A DNA stretch of 64,000 bases from a bacterium (GTDB taxonomy: Bacteria > UBA8248), in the NCBI GenBank assembly GCA_965203325.1, contig OZ241875.1, positions 1,344,001 to 1,408,000 of the forward strand, read 5' to 3'. The translations under genes and the position numbers were made by a program. The notes beneath the pieces were generated by a model. That model was given only the letters and a program-made list of their open reading frames with translations, was not told where the DNA came from and ran no database searches. Every line of letters begins with the position of its first letter. Positions within the stretch are counted from its first letter, which is position 1. Below, piece by piece: positions 50,422 to 60,463 of the stretch.

Positions 50422-51705
50422 ATGCGAAGGTTTCTCATGACTCAGCTACTGGTCGGTATGGTAACAGCGCTTCTCTGGAATCCAGCTTTTGCCCAGCAAA
50501 GGATCACCTGGTGGGAACACAGCAACCCGCCGCACAACAACTACTCGAAGGATTTGGTGGCGGAGTGGAACAAGAAGAACCCCAAAACTCCCGTACAGTA
50601 TGATTTTTTCGCGATGACCCCCTATTTCCAGAAACTCACGGCCGCGCTTTCCACGCGCTCGGCGGCCGACATGTTCACGCTCATCGACTTCCTGCTGCCC
50701 GGCTTCACCGCAAAGAAAGTCCTCGCTCCCATTCGTCCCGAGTGGCTGGGCTACAAAGACCTCGAGGACATGAAGAAGACCTACATACCGGGGGCGTTGG
50801 ACGGCTACATCCATGAGGGGAAGCTATACGCCATTCCTCCCATCGCTTCGGGCTTCAGCCTCTTCATCAACAGGAAGCACTTCAAGGAGGCGGGCCTGGA
50901 CCCGGACAAGGATTACCCGCGCACCTGGGAAGACGTTGGCCGCATCGGCAAAAAGCTGGTGAAAATGAGAGGCAGCAGGATGGTGCGCGAAGGCTTCGAT
51001 TTTGCCATGCACTCCTCCACCTGGACGATGTGGTATTTCAACACGACGATTCGGCAATACGGGGGAGAAGTCCTCGACGCCTCCGGGAAAAAGTGCACGG
51101 CCAACAGCGAGGCGGGCGTGAAGGCCATGAACGTCCGGGCCAGGATTGCGCACCACTACAAGGCTTCGGACCCCACCGTCAGTTTCGGCACCAACGCCCT
51201 TCCGGCCGACGATATACCCAAGGGGCGCGTCTCCATGTTCATCACCCACGCGGGAAGCGTGGCGCAATTCGGCCCCAAGATGATGAAGGACTTGAAAGTG
51301 GTGCCCTTCCCGCAGGTAGACCCCAAAAATCCCGTGACGCCGATTTACGGCTTCGCCCTCGCGGTGAATCCCCATATTTCCGAGGCGAAACAGAAGATAG
51401 TGCACGCCGTGCTGAAACACGTCGTCAATGACTCCAAAACGTGGTACGAGAGGACGTCCTATCCCCATCCCGACAAGAATTTCCTGAACCTTCCCGGGAT
51501 GGAGGATGCGCGCACGAAACGCTACCTGGGCGTGTTCGTAAAGGACATCTCGAACGGGCGATTTCTGCAGCGATCCGACAAGATACTCGAGCTCAACCAG
51601 GCCATTCACCGGGCGATGGAGCGCGTGGTCTTGAAGAAGGAAGACTCCAAGAAGTCGCTCGACAGGGCGTGTAAGGAGATCGACGCGGCGCTGGCCAAGA
51701 AGTAG
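50422..51705 (+). CDS. carbohydrate ABC transporter substrate-binding protein
   Basis: Signal peptide, GKLYAIP, FINRKHFKEAGLDP..YPRTWED. Confidence 0.88.
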   Translation: MRRFLMTQLLVGMVTALLWNPAFAQQRITWWEHSNPPHNNYSKDLVAEWNKKNPKTPVQYDFFAMTPYFQKLTAALSTRSAADMFTLIDFLLPGFTAKKVLAPIRPEWLGYKDLEDMKKTYIPGALDGYIHEGKLYAIPPIASGFSLFINRKHFKEAGLDPDKDYPRTWEDVGRIGKKLVKMRGSRMVREGFDFAMHSSTWTMWYFNTTIRQYGGEVLDASGKKCTANSEAGVKAMNVRARIAHHYKASDPTVSFGTNALPADDIPKGRVSMFITHAGSVAQFGPKMMKDLKVVPFPQVDPKNPVTPIYGFALAVNPHISEAKQKIVHAVLKHVVNDSKTWYERTSYPHPDKNFLNLPGMEDARTKRYLGVFVKDISNGRFLQRSDKILELNQAIHRAMERVVLKKEDSKKSLDRACKEIDAALAKK

Positions 51706-51716
51706 GCGGAGAATCG

Positions 51717-52679
51717 ATGGATCGTGAGATCGGAGTCGGTCGGACTTCACCTTCGATGATCCGAAGATCCGCTTCCCTGCTCTGGCGGTGGGGGGCTGGC
51801 GGGGGGAAATCCTCCCTCCACAGCCACCTCCGCTGGGCGGGGTTCTTCTTCGTTCTGCCTGCGCTCATTCATCTCGTGATCTTCAAGTTCTACCCCATGC
51901 TCCAGGCCTTCTGGCTGAGTTTTTTCCGCTACGACCTCATGAGCCCGCCCGTTTTCACCGGGCTTGAGAACTATAAACTCCTCTGGGAAAACCCGCTCTT
52001 CCACCAGTCCTTCTGGGTTTCCGTCAAGTACATGTTCGGGGTCTCCATCCCGGAGTGGTTCTTCGCGCTGGGTCTGGCCCTCCTCCTGAACCGGCGGATG
52101 CCGGGGAGAGCGGTCATCCGCCTGGCGTATTTCTTCCCCATCGCGATGTCGCAGATCGTCGTGGCCATGGTGTGGAAGTTCATGTACCACCCCTTCGGCC
52201 TGGTGAATACGATTCTGGAGACTTTCGGCGTCGGCCGCATCAATTGGCTCTCGATGGAGGAATCGGCGCTGCCCGCCCTCATCGCCATCGGCATCTGGCG
52301 GGGCATCCCGCTTTTCGGCGTGATTTACCTGGCGGGCCTCCAGGCCATCCCGAAGGAATACCACGAGGCGGCCGTCATCGACGGCGCAGGCGTGTTCCAG
52401 CGCTTCTTTTACGTGACGATCCCCCTGCTTCTCCCCACGATAATGTTCGTCATGGTCTTGTCTCTCCTCTCGGCCGTAAAAGTGTTCCTGAATCCTCTGG
52501 TCATGACCGAAGGCGGCCCCAACGGGACGACCCGGGTGCTTCCGTACTTCATCTACGAGACGGGTTTCGCTTTCTTCCGAATGGGGGAGGCCGCCGCGGC
52601 TTCGATGGTGCTGTTCGTCTTTCTCTTCGGCCTGACCCTGATTCAGTTGCGGCTATTGCGCAGGGGAGGTGTGGAATGA
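51717..52679 (+). CDS. carbohydrate ABC transporter permease
   Basis: FTGLENY, LAGLQAIP.EYHEAA.IDGA EAA motif, MTEGGP. Confidence 0.92.
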   Translation: MDREIGVGRTSPSMIRRSASLLWRWGAGGGKSSLHSHLRWAGFFFVLPALIHLVIFKFYPMLQAFWLSFFRYDLMSPPVFTGLENYKLLWENPLFHQSFWVSVKYMFGVSIPEWFFALGLALLLNRRMPGRAVIRLAYFFPIAMSQIVVAMVWKFMYHPFGLVNTILETFGVGRINWLSMEESALPALIAIGIWRGIPLFGVIYLAGLQAIPKEYHEAAVIDGAGVFQRFFYVTIPLLLPTIMFVMVLSLLSAVKVFLNPLVMTEGGPNGTTRVLPYFIYETGFAFFRMGEAAAASMVLFVFLFGLTLIQLRLLRRGGVE

Positions 52680-53509
52680 GCCGGAAGACGATGCTCCGCT
52701 GTGGGGGTGCGCTCATATCCGTGCTTACAGTTGGAGGAGTCATAGTGATGCTCCTCCCCTACTTCTGGATGGTCTCCTCCTCCATCAAGACGGGAATCGA
52801 AGTCTTCGATCTCCCCATCAAATGGATACCGGATGAGATCCAGTGGGTGAACTACCCCAACGCCCTGTCCAAAGGGGCTTTCGGGGTCTATTTCTACAAC
52901 AGCTTCGTCGTGGCTTTCGCGGTCATGGCGGGGAACCTCGTTTTCTGCACGCTCGCGGGCTACGGCCTGGCCAAGTTCCGCTTTCCGCACCGCGAGTTGT
53001 GCTTCCGCCTGATTCTGAGCACGCTGATGCTCCCGCTGGAGATCGTGCTGGTGCCCACCTTCCTGGTGGTGCGGGATTTAGGCCTCGTCAACACCTACGG
53101 CGGTCTGATTGCTCCACTGGCGGTGGACGCTTTCGGCGTCTTCCTCATGCGCCAGTCCATCCGGGACATTCCCGACTCCCTCATCGAGGCGGCGCGGATG
53201 GACGGATGCAGCGAGTTCGGCATCTTCTGGCGCATCATCCTACCCAACTGCAAGCCCGCACTGGGCGCGCTGGCGCTGCTCGCCTTCCGTGACAACTGGG
53301 ATCAGTTCCTCTGGCCGTTCATCGTGGCGACGACCGACAACCTGAAGACCTTCCCGCTCGGCCTCGCCCAGATGGAGGGCATCGATTCGGCCGCCTACCA
53401 TGAAATCATGGCGCTCGCAGTTTTGGGGATGATCCCGGCGGCGTTCATCTTCCTGTTCTTCCAGCGCGCCTTCGTCCGAGGGATTACGCTCACAGGGCTT
53501 AAGGAGTGA
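52676..53509 (+). CDS. carbohydrate ABC transporter permease
   Basis: ATG at 52676 overlaps upstream stop; IPDSLIEAARMDGC, WDQFLWP, FQRAFVRGI. Confidence 0.92.
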   Translation: MSRKTMLRCGGALISVLTVGGVIVMLLPYFWMVSSSIKTGIEVFDLPIKWIPDEIQWVNYPNALSKGAFGVYFYNSFVVAFAVMAGNLVFCTLAGYGLAKFRFPHRELCFRLILSTLMLPLEIVLVPTFLVVRDLGLVNTYGGLIAPLAVDAFGVFLMRQSIRDIPDSLIEAARMDGCSEFGIFWRIILPNCKPALGALALLAFRDNWDQFLWPFIVATTDNLKTFPLGLAQMEGIDSAAYHEIMALAVLGMIPAAFIFLFFQRAFVRGITLTGLKE

Positions 53510-53641
53510 AGAATATGAAAGCGCCTTTGCTAAACTTGTTTTCAGCCATCAAGCCCTTGAAGACCCGCCTTCCGGCCCCATGGAGGGGGGAAGGTTCCAC
53601 GCGAGTGTCCATCGTGCTTCTCGCAGATAGGGGAATCTGAG

Positions 53642-54721
53642 ATGGGGGAAGTGTTGCTTGAAGACCTCACCAAGGATTTCGGCGAGGTGGTCGCGGTCAA
53701 GGAGGTGAACCTCACAATCCACGACGGGGAGTTCGTCGTGCTCCTAGGGCCATCGGGGTGCGGCAAGACCACCACGCTGCGGATGATCGCAGGACTCGAG
53801 GAGATCACGAGCGGGCGCATCCTCCTCGACGACCGCGTGCTGAACGACGTGCACCCGCGCGATCGCGACATCGCCATGGTGTTTCAGAACTACGCGCTCT
53901 ACCCCCACATGAGCGTCTACAAGAACATGGCCTTCGGCCTCAAGATGCGCAAGGTCGCCAAGGACGAGATCGACCGCAAGGTGAAGAGCGCCGCCGGCAT
54001 CCTGGGCATCGAAACCCTGCTCAGGCGCTACCCGGGCAAACTCTCCGGCGGCCAGCGCCAGCGGGTCGCGCTCGGGCGCGCCATCGTCCGAGACCCGCGC
54101 GTCTTCCTCTTCGACGAGCCGCTCTCGAACCTCGACGCCAAGCTGCGGGTCCAGACCCGGGTGGAACTCCTCAAGCTCCACCAGCACCTCGCCGCCACCT
54201 CGATCTACGTCACCCACGATCAGGTCGAGGCCATGACCATGGGGGACAGGATCGTGGTCATGCACGAGGGGGTCATCCAGCAGGTCGGGCCCCCGATGGA
54301 GGTCTACCAGAACCCGGCGAACCAGTTCGTGGCGGGCTTCATCGGCAGCCCTGCGATGAACTTCCTGCCCGCCACGGTGCGTTTCGAGGCGGGCCGGACG
54401 TTCCTCGAAGGCGCTGGCTTCCGGGTTCCCCTGCCGGCGGAGCGCGCGGGCGGACTCCAGGGGCGCGAGGGCGGTGAGGTCGTATTCGGCATTCGGCCAG
54501 AAGACATGCGCTTGGGCGCGGAGGGCGAGATTGAGGGGGCGGTCGAGATCATAGAGCCGGTGGGTTCGGACATCTTCCTCGACCTGAACGTGGGGGGCGC
54601 CTCCCTCACCGCGCGGGTGGAGTCCAGCGTCCGGATGAGCCAGGGCGAGCGCGTCCGCCTCCGCCCCGACCCGGAACGCCTCCACGCCTTCGACCCAGAA
54701 TCCGGCGAGACGCTAGTTTGA
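53642..54721 (+). CDS. MalK/UgpC-type ABC ATPase
   Basis: GPSGCGKTT, LSGGQRQR, FDEPLSNLDAKLR, THDQ, FIGSPAMN. Confidence 0.95.
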   Translation: MGEVLLEDLTKDFGEVVAVKEVNLTIHDGEFVVLLGPSGCGKTTTLRMIAGLEEITSGRILLDDRVLNDVHPRDRDIAMVFQNYALYPHMSVYKNMAFGLKMRKVAKDEIDRKVKSAAGILGIETLLRRYPGKLSGGQRQRVALGRAIVRDPRVFLFDEPLSNLDAKLRVQTRVELLKLHQHLAATSIYVTHDQVEAMTMGDRIVVMHEGVIQQVGPPMEVYQNPANQFVAGFIGSPAMNFLPATVRFEAGRTFLEGAGFRVPLPAERAGGLQGREGGEVVFGIRPEDMRLGAEGEIEGAVEIIEPVGSDIFLDLNVGGASLTARVESSVRMSQGERVRLRPDPERLHAFDPESGETLV

Positions 54722-54870
54722 GGCAAACTCCCGCGAACCGGGACAATGAGATCCCCGTAGGAATCCCGGCGCCAATCGCCAAACTGTCATTGTCTATTGA
54801 TGTAACAGGGATGAAAACGGACGTCGAGAAATCCGCCCGACGGCCAAATCCTCTATGTCATTGATTTATT

Positions 54871-54946
54871 TGGTGGAGCTGAGGGGGATCGAACCCCTGA
54901 CCTCATGACTGCCAGTCATGCGCTCTCCCAGCTGAGCTACAGCCCC
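54871..54946 (-). tRNA. tRNA-Ala (GGC)
   Basis: Minus strand GGGGCTGTAGCTCAGCTGGGAGAGCGCATGACTGGCAGTCATGAGGTCAGGGGTTCGATCCCCCTCAGCTCCACCA, 76 nt with G3:U70 and encoded CCA. Confidence 0.97.
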
Positions 54947-55043
54947 ATACAGGTGGAATTTCCTGACCCCCTGAGGGGTGCGATGGAATGTAGCGGAAAC
55001 CGCGCTTCCGCGTCAACGCGGGAAGGAGCGGGACAAAACTTCC

Positions 55044-56165
55044 TCAACTTCCCGGATCCGGCTCCCCTGCGAACGCGTGTACCTGATCGGAAAGCTCCGT
55101 GAAACCGGCGCCGCCCGTCGTGTCCTCGGCGAGGATTTCGACTTCTCCGGGTCCGCTCGCGCCGAGGCCGAGTTCGACCGCACGCCTGATCTGCCGGTGC
55201 GACCATATGGGATAATCGCGCAGGAGTTCGGACCCCATCGCGCGCACCACGGATGCCCCCACGACGTCCACGGCGATCCGATCGTCGCCCGCGATTATCA
55301 CGTTCGGCGCACGCTCCTCCCCGGTGTAGGGGCCGCCCGAGATCCAGCACTTCGTCCCGTCGAGAACGATGAGGGAAGGAGAATACAGCAGGTTCGTCTC
55401 CATGATCATCTCCGCCATCTGGGAGACGAAATGCGCGCGGACGCGGTCCCTCGGGTGCACGAACCCGTATACGTTCTTGAGCGAGAGGCTGAAGCGCGGC
55501 CCGCCGCCGTGGCTCTTCATCGTGGGCAGGTTGATGACGTGCTGGCCGGGCGTCATCAGGCGCTCGATGCAGTGCACCCATCCGCCCCAGCGGATCGCCC
55601 CAGGAACACGGGCCTTCACCCAGGGTTCCTCGTCGAAGCGCAGGAGGCCCACGCCCGTTCGTTCCTGGAAATCGTTCATCCCCCAGCGCTCGAAATTCCC
55701 GCGCGCGGGCAGGGAGAGGAGACCGCCCATCTCGCCCACGGCCAGATCGTCGCAACCCGCTTCTTTCAGCAGCGCGACGACGGTCTCGAGCGTATCGGGA
55801 TGCGTCGAGGCCGGGAACGGATCGGCGGAATTGAAGTTGGGTTTCAAGAGCGCGGGCGCGGGCGAATCGATGATATGCCGGACCCCGCCCAGTTTTTCCA
55901 CCGCCAGGCGGATGGCCTCATCGCGCGTCTCCCCGCGCACCATGGCGACAAGGCTCCTGCCCTCTTTCCTGAGCCTGGGGCTGCGAAGGGGCGGGACTTC
56001 CACTTCGGGGTAAACTTGCTTCGTCTCCTGGAGCGCGCGGTAGGCTGCCGATTCATCGAAATCGAGGACTTTCCTGAAATTCTCGGCCCGCGTCGCCACC
56101 GGCGTATCGAGTGGAACGATCATTCTCACATCCTCCCGAAGAAGGTGGTTATTTATCCCGAACAA
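55044..56165 (-). CDS. DUF362 domain protein
   Basis: [40 protein letters not shown]; start uncertain. Confidence 0.8.
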   Translation of the reverse strand: MFGINNHLLREDVRMIVPLDTPVATRAENFRKVLDFDESAAYRALQETKQVYPEVEVPPLRSPRLRKEGRSLVAMVRGETRDEAIRLAVEKLGGVRHIIDSPAPALLKPNFNSADPFPASTHPDTLETVVALLKEAGCDDLAVGEMGGLLSLPARGNFERWGMNDFQERTGVGLLRFDEEPWVKARVPGAIRWGGWVHCIERLMTPGQHVINLPTMKSHGGGPRFSLSLKNVYGFVHPRDRVRAHFVSQMAEMIMETNLLYSPSLIVLDGTKCWISGGPYTGEERAPNVIIAGDDRIAVDVVGASVVRAMGSELLRDYPIWSHRQIRRAVELGLGASGPGEVEILAEDTTGGAGFTELSDQVHAFAGEPDPGS

Positions 56166-56225
56166 TCCATTCTACCCCGAAGGGCGGTTTTGCGAAACTG
56201 CCAGGGTCTCTCTCACTCCTCCCTT

Positions 56226-56492
56226 GAGGGGGCTGTTGAAAAAGCCATCCTTGGTCGGAATTGTCCACCGCCGTCATTCCGGCGAAAGCCGGAATCCATT
56301 TTGACTTTTTATCGGGCGGGGCGGCCACGGCCTTGTTGTCGCGTGGCGTCCCGATGCGAAATTCAGAGGATTCCCCTTTCGTTTTTGTGTTCGATTCCGA
56401 TCCTCCCCGCTTGGGAGTAAAGACGGCCAAACGAGGAAGCGAAAAGGCAAAGGCGAAAATGGATTCCGGCTTTCGCCGGAATGACGAGCAAA
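56226..56492. repeat. REP/MITE-like element with 31-bp inverted repeats
   Basis: CGTCATTCCGGCGAAAGCCGGAATCCATTTT (56272-56302) and its exact reverse complement (56456-56486); preceded by GGGGGCTGTTGAAAAA. Confidence 0.8.
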
Positions 56493-56660
56493 ATTCCAAG
56501 CCGAGAGGACGAATCCCGAGCGCAAGGAGATACTCGCCGCATGAAATTGTCTTTCGCCCGTATCCTGTAATAGACTCTGGCCCCATCAGCGCAAGGCAGG
56601 ACAAGCGAGTCCCAAAGACGCATCGCCTCCCGAAGCCTCCCGAAGCGCCTCGACGACGAT

Positions 56661-57521
56661 ATGGCACCCGAAGAAAGGTTTTTCATGCTTTTTTTCATTC
56701 AGTTCCTGGCGATGGGCCTGGGCGTTGGCCTGCTGGGCACGCTGGTCGGCGCGGGCGGCGGCTTCATCCTCACGCCCCTGCTCCTGCTGATCTTCACCGA
56801 CCAGCCGTCCGAGGTCATCGCCGCCACCTCGCTCAGCGTGGTCTGCCTGAACGCCCTTTCGGGCTCGGTCGCCTATTACCGCCAGAAGCGGATCGACATC
56901 AAGACGAGCGTCTCTTTCGCGCTGGCCGGCTCGGTCGGGGCGGTAATCGGCGTCTTCGCCACGAGCGAGGTCGCGCGGGGGCCGTTCGACTTCCTGCTGG
57001 GCCTGGCCCTGCTGATCCTGTGCATCTCCATCATCAACCCGCCGCCTCCCTTCGAGGCGACGCGCGAGAGCCCGGGCGGCATCGGCGCGCTCGCGCACCG
57101 GCGCATCGTGGACAGTCAGGGCAAAGTCTACGAATACGCCTTCCGCTTCCGGCTCGGGGCCTTCCTGAGCTCCATCGTGGGTTTTCTGGCGACCTTTCTG
57201 GGCATCGGGGGCGGCCCCATGCACGTGCCGCTGATGATACGGATTCTCCGGATTCCGCCCCACATCGCCACCGCCACCTCGCAGTGCGAGCTTCTCTTCA
57301 CCACCGCCCTCGCCGTGGCGTTTCATTTCATCCTCGGCAACCTCCACGCGATGAAGAGCGTGATTCTTCCCCTCGCGATGGGGATAATCGTGGGCGCGCA
57401 GGCGGGCGCCGCGATCTCGCACCGGGTGAAATCCTTGACCCTCACGCGTATCCTGGCGGTGCTGATGACGCTCGTCTCCCTGCAGCTTCTCTACAAGGGG
57501 GCGAGCGAGTGGTTCTGGTAG
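56661..57521 (+). CDS. TauE/SafE family membrane protein (sulfite-exporter-like)
   Basis: GTLVGAGGGFILTP, AATSL, LGIGGG...VP, ATATS. Confidence 0.88.
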   Translation: MAPEERFFMLFFIQFLAMGLGVGLLGTLVGAGGGFILTPLLLLIFTDQPSEVIAATSLSVVCLNALSGSVAYYRQKRIDIKTSVSFALAGSVGAVIGVFATSEVARGPFDFLLGLALLILCISIINPPPPFEATRESPGGIGALAHRRIVDSQGKVYEYAFRFRLGAFLSSIVGFLATFLGIGGGPMHVPLMIRILRIPPHIATATSQCELLFTTALAVAFHFILGNLHAMKSVILPLAMGIIVGAQAGAAISHRVKSLTLTRILAVLMTLVSLQLLYKGASEWFW

Positions 57522-57663
57522 ACCCCGCGGCGGTCTGGCAAAACGACGCGGCGTGTGTGAGAATGCGGCCTCTGGTGAAAGACCACAAGGACAATTCCAT
57601 TCATTCCATTCAACACGGCGTCCGCCCGGAGCGGCGGGCGAAGACGAGAAGGAGAGTTTGAAC

Positions 57664-58446
57664 ATGTCGGACAGAGTAACCGTCGTAGAGGTGAAAGACA
57701 GAACCCTCTGGGTGGGGCTCAACCGCCCCAAAACGCTGAACGCGATGAATTTCCAGATGATCAACGAAGTCATCGAAGCCTTCACCCAGCTCGATGAGGA
57801 CCCCGACATCGGCGTGGGCGTCCTGTACGGCCTGAACGGGAACTTCTCCTCGGGCGGCGACATGGACATGATGCTGGGGCTGAACTACCAGACGGGCCAC
57901 GTCTGGAACAACAAGATGCGGCGCCTGTGCATGACGCTCAGAAACTCAGGCAAGCCCACCATCGCCATGGTGCGCGGCTGGTGCATCGGCGGCGGCAACG
58001 AGTGGCAGCTCTACTGCGACCTCTGCATCGCGAGCGAGAACGCGACGTTCGGCCAATCGGGCGCACGGGTGGGCGCGCTGCCCGTGGTGGGCGCCACGCA
58101 GTACCTCCCGCTTCTGATGGGCGACCGCAGGGCGCGCGAGATGCTGTTCCTGGCGAAGCGCTACCCCGCCAAGGAGGCCAAGGAAGTCGGCCTCATCAAC
58201 GAAGTCGTGCCGGATGACGAGCTCGAGAAGACGACCGAGGAGTGGTGCGCCACCATCAACTCCCACGCCCCGGCCACCCTGCGCTACATGAAGACGAACC
58301 TGAACTTCCTGGGCGACCTCCACTACCCCTCCTGGATGCACGGCAGCGAACTGCTGAACGCCGTGTGGAACAACGAGCAATCCGTCGAGGGGATGAACGC
58401 GTTCAAGGAGAAGAGACCGCCCGACTTCAGCCGCTTCCCGAGGTAG
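57664..58446 (+). CDS. crotonase superfamily enzyme, MenB/BadI-like
   Basis: LNRP..LNA, FSSGGD, KPTIAMVRGWCIGGG, FGQSGARVG, EGMNAFKEKRPPDF. Confidence 0.8.
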   Translation: MSDRVTVVEVKDRTLWVGLNRPKTLNAMNFQMINEVIEAFTQLDEDPDIGVGVLYGLNGNFSSGGDMDMMLGLNYQTGHVWNNKMRRLCMTLRNSGKPTIAMVRGWCIGGGNEWQLYCDLCIASENATFGQSGARVGALPVVGATQYLPLLMGDRRAREMLFLAKRYPAKEAKEVGLINEVVPDDELEKTTEEWCATINSHAPATLRYMKTNLNFLGDLHYPSWMHGSELLNAVWNNEQSVEGMNAFKEKRPPDFSRFPR

Positions 58447-58800
58447 GGGAGGTTGTTGCAAAAGCCCCCGAACGGGAGTTTGATGCGACCGACGAAAGAG
58501 CAAGATTCACTCCCCCCTTGAGGGGGAGTCGGTGAAGCCGAGCGGTTTGTGCGAAGGCTGATGCGGTGGGGGGAGCTTTTCCGTGGCATGTCCCCCCACC
58601 GGCGCGCCTTCGGGCTTCGCCCTCGTCTTGCCGACTCCCCCTCAAGGGGGGAGTTGATCCATTTTTATCGGATGAGAAATACCCCCCCCCTCAAGGGGGG
58701 AGTGGTTGTTGAGCACTCTGCAAAAGGGAAGTGGTTCGGCCCGACCCACAAGAGATTTTTCAACAGGCACCCGTAGGGGCGGTTCGCGAATCGCCCCTAG
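58447..58800. repeat. composite intergenic palindromic element
   Basis: 24-bp exact inverted pair ACTCCCCCCTTGAGGGGGAGTCGG (58509-58532 / 58631-58654), third copy near 58682; bounded by GGTTGTTGCAAAAG and TTTTTCAACAGG; GTAG-REP at 58773. Confidence 0.75.
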
Positions 58801-59462
58801 CGCGCGTAGCCCCTGCGCTTGTAGACGCCGGGGGAGCCGGGCTCCTGGCGGTAGTAGCTCCGCACGCGCGCCGTCCACTCCGAAGCGTTCATGTGCTTCC
58901 ACTCGGGCGTCTCGCGCACGGATTCGCCTTCCATCTCGTAGAGGACGATCATGAGCCTCGGCCCCTCGACGGTGTTGTAGCGGCGCAGGCGCCTCACCCC
59001 CGGCACCTTTTCGCAGAGGGGGCCGCGGTCGCAGGCGTACCAGCCGTTGAAATCGGCGAGATTCTCCTCGGGCACGTTGATCCTGCCGAACTGAACGACG
59101 GGGGCGAGACCCGCCGCGTCCACCGTGGGGAATTCGGGCGGCCGGGCCGGCAGGCCGGGATAGACCTGCGCGCATACGAGGCGAATGTGGGCTTGGGGCG
59201 AGGCGGGAGAGCGCATCCCGGCTGAGTCCAGGAGCGCGGTGAACTCCCCGCCGTAGAAGGCGTGGACGTTCTCCGCTTCCACGAGGTTCAGAAAGCGCGG
59301 CGCGCCGTCTACCGCCTCATAGCACGCGCCTCCGTTCACGCCCGGAACTTCGAGCATCCGTGACAAGCGGACCTCGTCGAGCCACGCGCGCGCCTCGTCT
59401 TCCCCGCCTTCTGCGAAGTCGAACAACTCGGCGAGCAAACCCATGCCGTGTGTGCGTACCAA
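58797..59462 (-). CDS. hypothetical protein with two EthD/DUF4286-like halves
   Basis: Repeated W(Y/L)...VPGV...Y pattern, FNGWY, LYE; start uncertain. Confidence 0.6.
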   Translation of the reverse strand: MVRTHGMGLLAELFDFAEGGEDEARAWLDEVRLSRMLEVPGVNGGACYEAVDGAPRFLNLVEAENVHAFYGGEFTALLDSAGMRSPASPQAHIRLVCAQVYPGLPARPPEFPTVDAAGLAPVVQFGRINVPEENLADFNGWYACDRGPLCEKVPGVRRLRRYNTVEGPRLMIVLYEMEGESVRETPEWKHMNASEWTARVRSYYRQEPGSPGVYKRRGYAR

Positions 59463-59510
59463 ACCGTCTTGCCTCTTTGGCGCCGGGAAAAAGAATAGGG
59501 AGAGTCTACA

Positions 59511-59804
59511 CTATTTCTTCTGGAGAGCCACCCGTATCGTCCCCCCGTACTGCGCGGCCACGAGATGATGGGGGCGATACCCTTCCTTGACGATCTCGAC
59601 CGTGAACGTATCCGCGTAATGATCCTTTATCATCTTCCAGGGGATGAGGACCGGCGATTTGCCTATCTTCTCCTTGCCGAGCTTCACCGTGGCGCCCGGA
59701 GGATCGGTGATCACCTCCACGCCGCGCGGCACCATGTCGCCGCATCCGCTCAAAACGAGAAAGGCGGCGAGAAGCGCCAATCCCATGCCGAGGGTCTTGC
59801 GCAT
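59511..59804 (-). CDS. PEGA-domain lipoprotein
   Basis: Lipobox LSGC, ITDPPGATV...IGKSP, KEGY; AAGGAG RBS. Confidence 0.7.
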   Translation of the reverse strand: MRKTLGMGLALLAAFLVLSGCGDMVPRGVEVITDPPGATVKLGKEKIGKSPVLIPWKMIKDHYADTFTVEIVKEGYRPHHLVAAQYGGTIRVALQKK

Positions 59805-59971
59805 TCTTCGTTTCTCCTTCATTGCTTTGCTCATCGAACACCGTATATGCGAAGCGGGCGCGGCCGGAAACTCCCCGCCCTGGCTTTCGGGGGATTATGA
59901 ACCCATCTCTTGACAAAATCCAGCGCGAAACACACCCTCGGACCGGATAATCGAGAGGGGAGGAATTCCGC

Positions 59972-60445
59972 TTGCGCCGGCACCGCTATTATTTCGACCT
60001 CATACTTGAGGGGATGGACAAATACAACCTCGCCGACTGCATCGTGGACGAATACCTGCCCCTCACCGCGCAGATGCCCATCTGGGAGATCGCGGAAAAA
60101 ATCCGCGAGGGACACCTCCACTTCGAGCACGAAGACGTCGAGCCTCTCGAGGAATTCCCGAAAAACCTCGAAGCCTTCAGCGCCTATCTCCACCAGGTGG
60201 TCAAGGGCTTTCACGCAGTAGAGGAGGCGGAAGAGGACGCTGTCCGCCTCGTCGAGGCCCGGAAAATCCTCGCGCTCAGAGGCGAGGTCGTCACGCTCCC
60301 CTTGCGGCTTCCCCCCACGCTCCTGCTCAACGACCTCGACCCCGACGCGGAGGACCTCGACCATATCGAGGCCCGCTGGCCGGAGTACCCGCGCTGGTTC
60401 CAGGACGGGATGCGGCGAAAACATCCCTGGCTGAGGCGTCTGTAA
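59972..60445 (+). CDS. hypothetical protein
   Basis: 157-aa ORF with GGGGAGG RBS and typical GC-ending codons. Confidence 0.65.
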   Translation: MRRHRYYFDLILEGMDKYNLADCIVDEYLPLTAQMPIWEIAEKIREGHLHFEHEDVEPLEEFPKNLEAFSAYLHQVVKGFHAVEEAEEDAVRLVEARKILALRGEVVTLPLRLPPTLLLNDLDPDAEDLDHIEARWPEYPRWFQDGMRRKHPWLRRL

Positions 60446-60463
60446 GTGACTCGGTGAAGCGAA

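Noticed and set aside
49862..50438. Short ORFs between the lipoprotein and the ABC operon
   Set aside because: Overlap the repeat element and promoter region; no motifs or convincing RBS.
56149..56698. ORFs containing VIPAKAGIH / WIPAFAGMT
   Set aside because: Translations of the palindromic repeat, also seen at 62171..62356; not independent genes.
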